From contig CAWDTG010000006.1 in assembly GCA_963805245.1 (NCBI GenBank), positions 560,799-624,798 on the forward strand: DNA of 64,000 nt, given 5' to 3'. Origin of the DNA: an uncultured Acidobacteriaceae bacterium (lineage in GTDB: Bacteria > Acidobacteriota > Terriglobia > Terriglobales > Acidobacteriaceae). The position numbers and the translations under genes were made by a program. The notes below the pieces were generated by a model. That model was not told where the DNA came from. It ran no database searches and was given only the letters and a program-made list of their open reading frames with translations. Shown here in pieces: positions 36,347-46,235 of this stretch. Within the stretch, counting starts at the first letter, position 1. Each line of letters starts with the position of its first letter.

Positions 36347-37276
36347 CTAAGACGGCTCCGTCCAGGAATGTTCTAGACCCTTGATCAGCGCCCACATTGC
36401 CCGGTTCAGGGGCGTCGGAACTCCATATCTTTCTCCCCACTTCACGATGGCGCCGTTCATGAAGTCCACCTCGGTCGTTCGTGAAGCAAGCACATCCTGC
36501 AACATACTGGCATTGTGCTTACCTGGAGCGTTTGCTCCCTTCGCGACCAGGTCTCTGGGATTGCCATGTAGTTCAATGCCCATGACTTTCGCAACTGCTT
36601 CTCCCTCCCCGATGAGCGCCTCGAACAACTGCGCCGTGGGCGGGAAGCGCGATGCAGCCCCATGATGTAGCCGGGTGAGCGCGCCGACAGGGTTGGTGGC
36701 CGCGTTGAAGATCAGCTTCGTCCATTGCGCGCCACGCGCATCCGGCAGGGCAATCGTGTTCATCCCGGCACGGGTGAGAAGGGCGGCTAGTTCCTGCACT
36801 CGCTGCATCGGCGTGTGTGTCGGTTCGAACGGGCCAATCCAGGTATCGCCTTGGATATCGAAGCCCACGTGCCCGGGCTCGATAACGTGACCAGCAGGGA
36901 AAGTCGTTCCTCGGATCACATATCTCACGTGTTCGGCGATGATCTCTTCATTGCCCACGCCATTCTGCACCGAGCACACGGCGCTATTGTCGTCGAAGCA
37001 GCGCGCCGCTGCTTTGATGGCTGAGGCAGTGTGAATGGCCTTGGTCGCGACAATGCCGTAATCACAAATGGGAAGCTGGGACGGATCCGTGCTCGCCTTC
37101 GCCAACTTTACATGCACATGGGCAGCGCCCGACAGCCTGAGGCCGTGTCGATTGATGGCGTCGACATGATGCTGAGACACGTCGAAGGCGAAGACCTCGA
37201 CCTCGCCGCCCTTCGCCAGGTGCGCGGCGAACAGGCTGCCGATTGCGCCACATCCCACGATCAGAACTTTCTTCAT
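36347..37276 (-). CDS. 2-dehydropantoate 2-reductase family protein (PanE/ApbA-like)
   Basis: 309 aa with an N-terminal Rossmann motif (VLIVGCGAIGSLFAAHL) and a family-typical C-terminal domain (SMLQDV...RTTEVDFMNG). Confidence 0.8.
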   Translation of the reverse strand: MKKVLIVGCGAIGSLFAAHLAKGGEVEVFAFDVSQHHVDAINRHGLRLSGAAHVHVKLAKASTDPSQLPICDYGIVATKAIHTASAIKAAARCFDDNSAVCSVQNGVGNEEIIAEHVRYVIRGTTFPAGHVIEPGHVGFDIQGDTWIGPFEPTHTPMQRVQELAALLTRAGMNTIALPDARGAQWTKLIFNAATNPVGALTRLHHGAASRFPPTAQLFEALIGEGEAVAKVMGIELHGNPRDLVAKGANAPGKHNASMLQDVLASRTTEVDFMNGAIVKWGERYGVPTPLNRAMWALIKGLEHSWTEPS

Positions 37277-37279
37277 GGC

Positions 37280-38419
37280 TTATCCGGCAAGCTCGCTGGC
37301 CTCAGACCGGGAGTAGAACTTCCAGGGGATGTTGCTCAAGTTTTCGCCTTCGCTCTGGCCCACGCGAAAGGTATCTTGGGTATAAAGACAAACTTCGCCA
37401 TCCTGATCAATAACTTGCGGATGGAGAGAAAATATCATGTTCTGCTTTAACACAAGCTGGCTCTTCGCGCCGATCGCGGGATGCTCAATCATCGTTGTTC
37501 CAATCGAGTGACCGGAAAGGTGTCCGAGCGAGAAGCCCTGTTTTGCAAATGTGTCGGCAACGACTTTATGTACATCGCAGGCGAGCACGCCCTCGTGCAT
37601 CAGCTGGCGCGCGGCTTCCATCGCCTCGGGATAGACGTTCGCCATTTGCTGGGTTCGTTGGCTCGGCTCCCCATGAATGAGGGCTCGCGAGAATTCCACC
37701 CAGTAGCCACCCGCCCCGGCGATTTCGAGCGAATAAAGCAGCAGATCGCGCTCGCCCACCTTGCGCTGGCCGGGAACTTTGAAGTGCGCTTCCGCCTCGC
37801 CGTTCTGGCCGGAGAGCACGATGTTCATCATGCGCGGGCCGGCACCGCGCGCGAAGAAAACTTTCACCGCCGGCGCCATGATCTCGGCTTCAGTTTTGTC
37901 CACGCTGAATCCATCGAGCAGCGCCCAGAAGCCTTCGTGGATGACGTCCATGGAGTCGCGGACTTCGATGAGTTCTTCTTCGCTCTTGACTGCCCGTGCC
38001 ATGTCGAAGTGAAAGTCGAAGGGAACGATCTCGAAGCTGCCCTGCTGTAATTCGCGATAGTCGCGTACAGCCATGATGTAGTCGAGGCCGTAGACACCCA
38101 TGCGCTTCCAGGCTTCATCCTGCGCACGCTCCCGCAGCCAGCGGCCGGGGACCTCCGCCCAGACTTTCTCTCGCACGAACGGCTTCTTCTTGTCGCCAAT
38201 CCAACGTGCCTCTTGTGGGAAGACCAGCACCGGCTCGCCATTCAGCGGGATGAGAACGTAAACGTAGCGATGCACGATCTCAAAGCCCGAGCTGTAGAAA
38301 ACAGCCCCTTCAAAGCCGGCGTATTGATTGCCACAAACGATGAGCGCATCGACGCTCTGCTCATGCATCGCAGCGCGGATGCTGGCGTACCGGCGGGCGA
38401 TTTCAGGTTGACTGGGCAA
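37280..38419 (-). CDS. M24-family metallopeptidase (Xaa-Pro aminopeptidase/creatinase-like)
   Basis: 379 aa with a creatinase-like N-domain and pita-bread catalytic-domain motifs (GHSIG...HP). Confidence 0.75.
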   Translation of the reverse strand: MPSQPEIARRYASIRAAMHEQSVDALIVCGNQYAGFEGAVFYSSGFEIVHRYVYVLIPLNGEPVLVFPQEARWIGDKKKPFVREKVWAEVPGRWLRERAQDEAWKRMGVYGLDYIMAVRDYRELQQGSFEIVPFDFHFDMARAVKSEEELIEVRDSMDVIHEGFWALLDGFSVDKTEAEIMAPAVKVFFARGAGPRMMNIVLSGQNGEAEAHFKVPGQRKVGERDLLLYSLEIAGAGGYWVEFSRALIHGEPSQRTQQMANVYPEAMEAARQLMHEGVLACDVHKVVADTFAKQGFSLGHLSGHSIGTTMIEHPAIGAKSQLVLKQNMIFSLHPQVIDQDGEVCLYTQDTFRVGQSEGENLSNIPWKFYSRSEASELAG

Positions 38420-38432
38420 GGGAAGATCCTAA

Positions 38433-38500
38433 GTAGCAAGCAGCAATTCGCAACCAGCAATTAGCAATTGTCTCAGCAATTAGCCTTTGGTTCTTAGCAA
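38433..38500. repeat. heptad-periodic tract (TTAGCAA/CAGCAAT type) upstream of the M24 peptidase start
   Basis: AGCA recurs at 38435, 38442, 38456, 38463, then 38475, 38482 and 38496, giving a 7-nt period with one phase slip. Confidence 0.7.
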
Positions 38501-38512
38501 ACAATCCTCATT

Positions 38513-38567
38513 TATCATCCTGAGCGCAGGTCCACCTCTTTTGCGCACCGGAGTCGAAGGGCCCTAT
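38513..38567. repeat. family-A repeat copy
   Basis: tatcatcctgagcg...ggagtcgaagggccctat. Confidence 0.75.
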
Positions 38568-38654
38568 CATCGCCCTTGACGCCGCCGTCGTTGCTATACG
38601 CAGGATGACAGCGGTAAGTCTGACGGATGACTTCCACTCACCACGGATAACCGC

Positions 38655-39047
38655 CTACTGCCTTTTCTTCTCCGGTTTGATTACGATGCCACGCGGCACG
38701 GGTACAAGCGCCCCGCGGCTGGGATCGGCGTGTTGGGCGCGAGCCATCACCTCGTTGCGCACATAGCTGACGAAGTCCGCCATCTGGCGCTGCATTTCGT
38801 CCATGCGCTCACGCATTTGCAGAATAATCGCGATACCCGAGATGTTTACCCCCAGGTCCCGCGCTAGTGACAGGATCAGCTCCAGACGCTCAATATCTTC
38901 GTCGGTGTAGAGGCGGGTGTTGCCTTCGGTGCGCGACGGCTTTAGCAGGCCTTCGCGCTCATACAGGCGCAACGTCTGCGGATGAATGCCATACATCTCC
39001 GCCACAGCGCTGATCATGTACGCGCCTTGCTTTTTACGCTTGGCCAT
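38655..39047 (-). CDS. hspR: MerR-family heat-shock repressor, HspR-like
   Basis: 130 aa with a MerR HTH (YMISAVAEMYGIHPQTLRLYEREGLLKPSRTEGNTRLY). Last gene of the dnaK-dnaJ cluster, as in actinobacterial dnaK operons. Confidence 0.75.
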   Translation of the reverse strand: MAKRKKQGAYMISAVAEMYGIHPQTLRLYEREGLLKPSRTEGNTRLYTDEDIERLELILSLARDLGVNISGIAIILQMRERMDEMQRQMADFVSYVRNEVMARAQHADPSRGALVPVPRGIVIKPEKKRQ

Positions 39048-39078
39048 AATCCTCTCGTTAGCTGGCAGCCATCGGCTA

Positions 39079-39669
39079 TCAGCTGTCAGCTAAGTCCTTG
39101 TTCACTGCTGCATCACGTTCGCTGTCTTTTATTGATGGCTGACGGCTCTGGGCTGAGGGCTTACATACTGCATACAGCAAGTGCGGCAGCCCAGAGTGCA
39201 TTACTTCCCGCTCAACTTGCATTCCGTTACGCTCGGCCACCCGCCGCGACGGCCCATTCTCCGGCCGGATAAGGGATACTACCTTCTCCGCCGCGAGATC
39301 GCGAAATGCATAATCCATACACGCCCGCGCTGCCTCGGTTGCATAACCATGCCCCCATTGATCGCGGCGTAGATGATAGCCCACCTCAAACTCTGGTCGG
39401 CCCTCGATTTGCTGGGTAGCCACTCCACAATCGCCAATTACTGCACGACTGACCTTGAGCACCATGGCATAGATCCCGTGTCCGTCGTCGGCGTAGCGGC
39501 GAAGATTGCGTTCGATCCATTCCTCGGCGTCTTTGCGATCATACGTTCGCGGATAATATTGCATCGCGATCGGATCACCAATCACCGCGTAGATCGCATC
39601 CACATCATCGCGACACAACCGGCGGAGGATGAGGCGTTCCGTTTCGAGGACAACATCAGCATTTAGCAC
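39079..39669 (-). CDS. GNAT-family N-acetyltransferase (RimJ/RimL-like)
   Basis: 196 aa (GTG start) with the pattern LETERLILRRL ... WGHGYATEAARA. Confidence 0.8.
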   Translation of the reverse strand: MLNADVVLETERLILRRLCRDDVDAIYAVIGDPIAMQYYPRTYDRKDAEEWIERNLRRYADDGHGIYAMVLKVSRAVIGDCGVATQQIEGRPEFEVGYHLRRDQWGHGYATEAARACMDYAFRDLAAEKVVSLIRPENGPSRRVAERNGMQVEREVMHSGLPHLLYAVCKPSAQSRQPSIKDSERDAAVNKDLADS

Positions 39670-39744
39670 TTGGCATTTGGCAGTTAGCGTTGATTACGAA
39701 CGTTGTTATTTTGCGAAACTCTCCAGAATCTGAAGATCGGAAAT

Positions 39745-39786
39745 GCTAATTGCTAATTGCTAATTGCTAATTGCTAATTGCTAAAC
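39745..39786. repeat. heptanucleotide tandem repeat (GCTAATT x5 plus GCTAAAC) overlapping the dnaJ stop codon
   Basis: Six in-phase units. The dnaJ TAG stop (complement of 39781-39783) lies in the last unit. Confidence 0.9.
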
Positions 39787-41022
39787 CTTCTTCCACAGCT
39801 CCTCCCTCGGGTCCTCTGGATTCAGCTTTGCCAGCTCGCGCAGGATTTCCTTCGAGCGTTCGTCGGTAATCTTCGGAGGCACCAGCTTGATCTCGACAAT
39901 CTCATCGCCACGTACGCCTTCCTTTACCGCCGAAGGCACACCTTTATCGCGCAGGCGGAGCTTCTGTCCCGATTGCGTGCCCGGCGGAATCTTCAACAGA
40001 GCCCGGCCGTCGATGGTCGGAACCTCGATCTTGGCGCCTAGTGCGGCTTCGGTGATGGTCGCCGGGATCGTGAGATAAATGTCGTCGCCCTCACGCTTGA
40101 ACACCGGATGCTCGCCTACGCGCACGATGATGTAGAGATCGCCCGCGGGGGCTCCCATGGTTCCGGCATTGCCGCGGCCTGGCAGGCGGATACGTTGTCC
40201 GTCGCGGGTCCCTGGTTTGATGCGGACCTTGAGCGTCTCACTTCGCTCGATGCGGCCTTCGCCGTGACATACCGGGCACACCGTACGATTCTTGCCGCTG
40301 CCGCCGCAGCGCGGGCAAACCACGTTGAACTTCATGCTGCCGGTTTTTTGCGTGATTTGTCCCTTGCCGTGGCACTCGGGGCATTGGCCCGGGCTTTCGA
40401 GGAAGCCCTGGCCGTGACAGTTGGTGCAGACCTCGCGGTGCGGAATCGTCAGCTGCATCTCTGTGCCCTTGATGGCCTGCCAGAAACCGACGTTCACCTG
40501 GTATTCCAAGTCCTCGCCTGGTTCGGGCCGCGATATGGGTGCTTCGCGTCCGCCTCCGAAGATGCCGGAAAAGATATCGCGGAATCCGCTGCCACCGGCT
40601 TTGCGCCCTGCCGCACCTGCGCCCTCAGCAAAGTCACTGAAGTCGAATCCGCCGAAGTCAATAGGAACTTCCTGGGTATAGGTACGCGTTCCGCCTCTGC
40701 CCGCGCCTGGCGGTGGTCCACCAAAACCACCTGCGCCAAAGCCCCCACCGCGCGCATAGGCTTCCGCTGTCGCCGCATCGATGTTGTCGGAGTAGAACCC
40801 GACCTGGTCGTAGATCTTGCGCTTCTTGGGATCGCTGAGGACGTCGTTGGCCTCGGAGAGCGTCTTGAACTTCTCCTCCGCAGACTTGTCACCAGGATTC
40901 ACGTCGGGGTGGTACTTGCGCGCCAACTTGCGAAACGCCTTGCGAATCTCCTCCGCCGAGGCAGTCTTCTTCACCCCGAGGATGCCGTAGTAGTCTTTGT
41001 TTTTGTTGGGCGTGGTTGGCAT
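39781..41022 (-). CDS. dnaJ: molecular chaperone DnaJ (type I)
   Basis: 413 aa with a J-domain (YHPDVNP), a G/F-rich region and four CxxCxGxG zinc-finger repeats. Confidence 0.95.
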   Translation of the reverse strand: MPTTPNKNKDYYGILGVKKTASAEEIRKAFRKLARKYHPDVNPGDKSAEEKFKTLSEANDVLSDPKKRKIYDQVGFYSDNIDAATAEAYARGGGFGAGGFGGPPPGAGRGGTRTYTQEVPIDFGGFDFSDFAEGAGAAGRKAGGSGFRDIFSGIFGGGREAPISRPEPGEDLEYQVNVGFWQAIKGTEMQLTIPHREVCTNCHGQGFLESPGQCPECHGKGQITQKTGSMKFNVVCPRCGGSGKNRTVCPVCHGEGRIERSETLKVRIKPGTRDGQRIRLPGRGNAGTMGAPAGDLYIIVRVGEHPVFKREGDDIYLTIPATITEAALGAKIEVPTIDGRALLKIPPGTQSGQKLRLRDKGVPSAVKEGVRGDEIVEIKLVPPKITDERSKEILRELAKLNPEDPREELWKKV

Positions 41023-41025
41023 TTG

Positions 41026-42303
41026 TTACGTTTTCAACACGACGTTCACGCTGCCGGTAAATGTCTTAGGGTAATCGCTCGCCAGAATCTCATAGCTCAG
41101 CGAAAATGATTTCAGGGCGCTCTCGCTATCAAAATGCACAAACAATGAAGGCAAATCCTCATACCGCTGGTGTTTAACGACAGGAACGCAGACCCGAATT
41201 GCTTGGGGATCGCCCTTACGAACGGCCACAATCCTGGCGCGAGACTTGAGATGACTCCAAACCCTATCTAAGTTTCGCAGTTCCAGTTTTCCGAAATCAG
41301 CTTGGAGGCCACGGGCGAGTTGTTGCGGCCGATTAGTCGGTATCAGCGGCGGTTCTGGTTTTGGGGTGAATTCTCGAAGTTCGTCCTTGCCGAGGACATC
41401 GAACCCACACGGGAACAGAATCTCGATTTCAACATCGGTCGCCGGCTTGACACGCAGCGCTAATTCCGGCGTCAATCTATGCCACTCATAAACCTCAATG
41501 CTGTTAGAAAGCCATGCCTGAATCTTCTCGAAGTACGCACACAACCTCTGGTTGTAAGCCTCTGACAATCTTGGGTCAATGTTGGCGAACCTCCATCCCT
41601 TCGGTGGTGCAGGATGAGGAGCCAAATAGGGGAGTTCCGCGCGCAGCCCCTCCATCGCACGCTCTATGAAGTCATTATCGAGATTCAAACGTTCTCTCAG
41701 GGTGAGAGTGCAGATACCATCATCGCCGATTGGCGCTAACGAAAGCTTCGGTGATGCTGCCTTCAAGACATGGAGCTCGGCCTGCAGGTCCCTGATCCGA
41801 CGGGTGTCCTCGTCCACTTGGTTAGGCAGACGCAGATTATCCGGCAGCCGTAACACGTGGATCTCTGTCCGTGCACGCGCCTTCAGCTCTAATCCCAGGT
41901 CTGCGGTCGCAACTGCGACCGAGTTACGGTCAAGAGAATTCTCAGCCGCAAACTCGACGGCGGCTGCTAATAGACGATCATCTGGTACATCTTGGCAGAG
42001 CCTATACAGTGCGAAGTTGATCAAAGGCTCTTGCGTTATAAATCGGATCTCCACCTGATCGCGGATATAGACGGGCGGAGATTGCCTGGAATAATCCGAA
42101 AGCAAGCGCAACGCTCCTGCCGCTCTTTCTCGCTGCTTAGACCGCGAAGAGGTATCCTTGTGCTTATTGAGTTCAGCAATTGTTATCAGTGGGACCAGGA
42201 GCACGATAGACGTGCAGTCCGCTAGCTTCAACCAGTCAACATTGGACATCGGCGGAAAATGTTCAAAGTAGTTTGTGTCCAAAAACAAGTACTTCTTGAC
42301 CAT
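41026..42303 (-). CDS. PIN-like nuclease domain protein with uncharacterised ~230-aa C-terminal region
   Basis: 425 aa with RBS gaagggtgg. The N-terminal ~150 aa show a PIN-type acidic pattern (LFLDTNYF, TIAELNKH, VPDDRLLAAA, ATADLG). About 52% GC versus about 65% in dnaJ (hand counts). Its stop lies 3 nt from the dnaJ start. Confidence 0.65.
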   Translation of the reverse strand: MVKKYLFLDTNYFEHFPPMSNVDWLKLADCTSIVLLVPLITIAELNKHKDTSSRSKQRERAAGALRLLSDYSRQSPPVYIRDQVEIRFITQEPLINFALYRLCQDVPDDRLLAAAVEFAAENSLDRNSVAVATADLGLELKARARTEIHVLRLPDNLRLPNQVDEDTRRIRDLQAELHVLKAASPKLSLAPIGDDGICTLTLRERLNLDNDFIERAMEGLRAELPYLAPHPAPPKGWRFANIDPRLSEAYNQRLCAYFEKIQAWLSNSIEVYEWHRLTPELALRVKPATDVEIEILFPCGFDVLGKDELREFTPKPEPPLIPTNRPQQLARGLQADFGKLELRNLDRVWSHLKSRARIVAVRKGDPQAIRVCVPVVKHQRYEDLPSLFVHFDSESALKSFSLSYEILASDYPKTFTGSVNVVLKT

Positions 42304-42321
42304 TCCACCCTTCCATACCGT

Positions 42322-42507
42322 TCAGTTGATACTAGCCTGTCCTCCGTCGCCCATAGGAATGACGGCGCGCGCGACAAAACCGAACTCATCGCTGATCACC
42401 GGGATCGCTTTCATCCGGCCGTCGACGCCGGCGGTTATCAAATACCACCGTCCGTCGTCGTTGTTAAAACTTAACATGTAGGATTGACCGTTTACTTCGA
42501 ATCGCAA
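42322..42507 (-). CDS. small hypothetical protein (61 aa) upstream of the PIN-like gene
   Basis: TTG start preceded by RBS gaagga. 18 nt upstream of the PIN-like ORF. No family recognised. Confidence 0.4.
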   Translation of the reverse strand: MRFEVNGQSYMLSFNNDDGRWYLITAGVDGRMKAIPVISDEFGFVARAVIPMGDGGQASIN

Positions 42508-42608
42508 ATTGTTCCTTCTAACCGGGGAGTTCGTTGGATTATTACTAGCTGTCAGCCATCAGCCGTCAGCTCTGGGCCAAACTCGCGCTTCCACGGCTAC
42601 CGCCCACC

Positions 42609-42643
42609 TAATGCGAAGGGGCGTTCATCACGCCCCCGCATTA
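42609..42643 (-). terminator. strong stem-loop downstream of dnaK (no U-tract)
   Basis: taatgcgaaggggcg / ttcatca / cgcccccgcatta. Flanked by heptad tracts at about 42545-42575 and 42633-42672. Confidence 0.3.
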
Positions 42644-42673
42644 GCTGATAGCTGACAGCCGAAAGCTGAGAGC

Positions 42674-44603
42674 TTATTTCTTCTCGTCCACGTCCACGTA
42701 CTCGGCGTCGATCACGCCTTCGTCTTTCTTCTTCTGCTCGCCGCCCGCGGTCTGACCATCTCCACCTGGAGCGGGTCCACCCGGCGGAGGCGTTTGCGCC
42801 GAAGTTGCTTTGTACATGGCTTCCGCCAGCTTGTGCGAAGCCGAAGTCAGGTTCTCGCGGGCTTTGTTCATCGCAGCCGCGTCGGTGCCCTCAAGCGCCT
42901 TCTTGGCATCCGCCAGCGCGTTCTCGACGTCGGCGCGCTCCTGCCCGGAGATCTTGTCTCCGTGCTCGCGCAGCATCTTCTCGATGCTGTACACCATGCC
43001 GTCGAGCTGGTTGCGGGCTTCCACTTCCTCGCGTTTGGTCTTGTCTTCGGCGGCGTGGGCATCGGCGTCCTTCGCCATGCGCTCGACCTCTTCCTTGCTT
43101 AGACCCGAAGACGACGTAATCGTTATCTTCTGGTCCTTACCGGTCGCCATGTCTTTCGCGTTGACGTTCAGAATGCCGTTGGCGTCGATGTCGAACGTCA
43201 CCTCGATCTGCGGCACGCCACGCGGAGCCGGAGGCAGTCCGGTTAGGTGGAACTTGCCCAGAGTGCGGTTGTCGCGCGCCATCGGACGTTCGCCTTGCAT
43301 CACGTGCACCTCAACCGACGTCTGGTTGTCGGCGGCGGTCGAGAACATCTCCGTTTTCTTGGTCGGAATGGTGGTGTTGCGCGGAATCATCTGCGTTGCC
43401 ACGCCGCCCATGGTTTCGATCGAGAGCGTCAGCGGAGTCACGTCGAGCAACAGCAGGTCTTTCACCTCGCCGCCGAGCACGCCACCTTGGATGGCCGCTC
43501 CGATCAGCCACCACCTCATCAGGGTTCACGCCCTTGTGCGGCTCCTTGCCAAAAAGCTCCTTCACCAGCTGCTGAATGCGCGGCATGCGCGTCTGTCCAC
43601 CGACCAGCACCACTTCGTTGATCTTGTCAGGAGTAACGCCGGCATCTTTCATCGCCTGCCTACACGGCCCGATGGAGCGATCGATGATGTCCTTCACCAT
43701 CTCTTCCAGCTTGGAGCGAGTCAGCTTCTTGACCAGGTGTTTGGGACCGCTCGCATCCGCCGTGATAAACGGCAGATTGATTTCGGTCTCCATGGTGGTC
43801 GAAAGTTCGATCTTGGCGCGCTCGGCCGCGTCGCGCAGACGTTGCAGCGCCATTTCGTTGCCCTTGTCGCGAAGGTTGAGGCCTTCGTCCTTCTTGAACT
43901 CGTCAATCAACCAGTCGACAATGCGCTGGTCGATGTTGTCGCCACCCAGGTGCGTGTCGCCATTGGTGGACTTCACTTCGATGACGCCTTCGCCGACTTC
44001 CAGAATCGAAATGTCGAAGGTGCCGCCGCCGAAGTCATACACCGCGATGGTTTCGTCCTTCTTCTTGTCGAGTCCGTAGGCCAGTGCAGCCGCCGTGGGC
44101 TCGTTGATGATGCGCTTAACGTCAAGACCGGCAATCTTGCCCGCGTCTTTGGTCGCTTGCCGCTGCGCGTCATTGAAGTACGCCGGAACCGTAATCACGG
44201 CGTCCGTCACAGTCTGTCCAAGGTAGTCCTCGGCAGACTTCTTCAGCTTCTGCAGAATCATGGCCGAGATCTGCGGCGGGGTATATTCCTTCCCCTGCGC
44301 GACGATGGCCACGTGATCGCCCGACTGCACGACCTTGTAAGGCACCATCTTCATTTCTTCATTGACTTCGTCGAAACGACGGCCCATGAAGCGCTTGATG
44401 GAGTAAATGGTGTTTTCTGGATTGGTGATGGCCTGGCGCTTTGCGACTTGGCCGACCAAGCGCTCGCCGTTCTTGGTGAATCCCACGACGGATGGCGTGG
44501 TCCGCCCGCCTTCTTCGTTTGGGATGACCTTGGGCTCGCCGCCTTCCATAACCGCGACCACGGAGTTCGTGGTACCCAAGTCAATTCCGATAATCTTTCC
44601 CAT
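42674..44603 (-). pseudogene. dnaK: molecular chaperone DnaK, reading frame broken by one extra base near 43505
   Basis: N-terminal ORF ([13 protein letters not shown]...NPDEVVA) and C-terminal ORF ([25 protein letters not shown]...). Deleting the top-strand C at 43505 gives the continuous sequence [13 protein letters not shown]. The second ATG (44603) is properly spaced from the aggagg RBS. Confidence 0.9.
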
Positions 44604-44643
44604 TGCAGCCATCCTCCTGGCTTAATTAGCTCGTAAGCTACTG

Positions 44644-44717
44644 ATAATAAATGCTATTTGTAACATGTCAAGTCTTATAACGAACCGAGTATAGAACTTG
44701 AGTGAATCACTGTCAAG
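44644..44717 (-). promoter_or_regulatory. dnaK promoter region with HAIR-like HspR operator
   Basis: Minus strand: CTTGACA-gtgattc-ACTCAAG (44697-44717) against the HAIR consensus CTTGAGT-N7-ACTCAAG. The same TTGACA lies 17 nt from TATACT (44688-44693). A second TTGACA-N16-TATTAT sits at 44644-44671. Confidence 0.6.
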
Positions 44718-44845
44718 GTTTAGATGTAACAGATGCCAGCCTCGTTGCAGGGAATTTCTGGAACACGGGAGACCTCCCCATGGTTTTCCCGTTAGTATGA
44801 ATGCTTCTAGGGATACGAATGCCTGTAAGTCTCGGGAGCGGCGCA

Positions 44846-46180
44846 ATGGCGACGCAATCGGTGGAAACGAGCTGTTGCATCGTCGGTGGCGGACCCGCTG
44901 GAGTGATGCTCGGCTATCTCTTGGCCCGCGGCGGCGTGCCGGTTACGGTACTGGAGAAGCACAAGGATTTCTTTCGCGACTTCCGCGGCGACACCGTGCA
45001 TCCTTCCACGCTTGAGGTGATTTACGAGCTCGGTCTGCTAGAAGAATTCCTGAAGGTGCCGCATCAGAGGTTGACCTCGGTCGGTGGCGTCTTGGGCGAC
45101 TTTGCCTTTCAGGCGGCCAGCTTTCGGTGCGTGCCCACGCATTGCAAATTTGTGGCGCTGATGCCGCAATGGGATTTTCTCAACTTTCTTTCCAGCAAGG
45201 CGCAGGAATTTCCGATCTTCACTCTCAGGATGGAGCATGAGGCGGTTGACCTGATTGACGATAGCGGCCAGGTTAGCGGAGTGCGAGCGAACACGCCGAA
45301 TGGAACGGCGGAGATTCGGGCCGACTTGGTAGTCGGGTGCGATGGGCGGCATTCGACGATCCGCCATGCCGCAGCTCTGGAGGTGATCGAGTCAGGCGTT
45401 CCCATCGACGTGCTCTGGTTCCGCATTGGCCGCACTGCGGACGACCCCGAACAGCTCTTTGGAAACATCAACTACGGCAAGGCCCTGGTTCTAATTCCCC
45501 GGGGTGATTATTTCCAGGCCGGTCTTATCATCCCAAAGGGCTGTTTCGCAGATACACAGCGTCGAGGGCTGGACGAATTTCAGGCCGACATCGCCCAGAT
45601 TGCCCCATATCTCGCTGACCGGGTTACGGAATTGAAAGACTGGGACCAGATCAAGTTGCTAACCGTACAGATCAACCGTCTGCGGAAGTGGTATCGGCCT
45701 GGATTGTTATGCATTGGAGACGCCGCCCACGCTATGTCGCCAGCGGGAGGTGTCGGCATCAACCTCGCGATCCAGGACGCGGTTGCCGCCGCGAATCTCT
45801 TAACGCACGCACTACTAGAAAGGCGAGTCACCGAAGGCGTGCTGGCGGGCGTCCAATGCCGGCGGGAGTTTCCCACCCGTGCGACCCAATTCTTGCAGGT
45901 GCAGGCCCATAAGCTATTCGCGCGAATATTCCAGAATCCCGGTCCGGCGAAGGCACCATGGCAACTGAAGGTCGCCGTGAACATTCCCGGAGTGCATGAC
46001 CTGCTCGGACGGGTCGTAGGAAATGGGTTCCGTCCCGAGCACGTTGCTGGGGCGCGAACTCGGCCGGCAGATAGCGGGGAAAGCTTGAAGAAATTAGCGG
46101 TCGGAATCGGTCTTGCCGCGGCCGGCGCCGTGCTCGCGTTTCGCATGTTCAGAAGCAGGAAACGGGTGGTTTGGGCTTGA
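44846..46180 (+). CDS. FAD-dependent monooxygenase/oxidoreductase
   Basis: ORF from 44801 with an ATG at 44846 after gggag. Dinucleotide-binding motif CCIVGGGPAGVMLG, the later motif GDAAHAMSPAGGVGINLAIQDA, and a C-terminal hydrophobic anchor. Confidence 0.8.
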   Translation: MATQSVETSCCIVGGGPAGVMLGYLLARGGVPVTVLEKHKDFFRDFRGDTVHPSTLEVIYELGLLEEFLKVPHQRLTSVGGVLGDFAFQAASFRCVPTHCKFVALMPQWDFLNFLSSKAQEFPIFTLRMEHEAVDLIDDSGQVSGVRANTPNGTAEIRADLVVGCDGRHSTIRHAAALEVIESGVPIDVLWFRIGRTADDPEQLFGNINYGKALVLIPRGDYFQAGLIIPKGCFADTQRRGLDEFQADIAQIAPYLADRVTELKDWDQIKLLTVQINRLRKWYRPGLLCIGDAAHAMSPAGGVGINLAIQDAVAAANLLTHALLERRVTEGVLAGVQCRREFPTRATQFLQVQAHKLFARIFQNPGPAKAPWQLKVAVNIPGVHDLLGRVVGNGFRPEHVAGARTRPADSGESLKKLAVGIGLAAAGAVLAFRMFRSRKRVVWA

Positions 46181-46235
46181 CGCCGCGCGAGCGGAGGAAA
46201 CAGCCTTTGGGAAGACTGCGCAGGGAGCTTACGCT

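Noticed and set aside
40108-41109. 333-aa ORF on the plus strand
   Set aside because: Antisense shadow of dnaJ.
42810-44636. 608-aa ORF on the plus strand
   Set aside because: It is antisense to dnaK, which is unambiguous. The composition is Ser/Arg/Ala-rich and non-protein-like.
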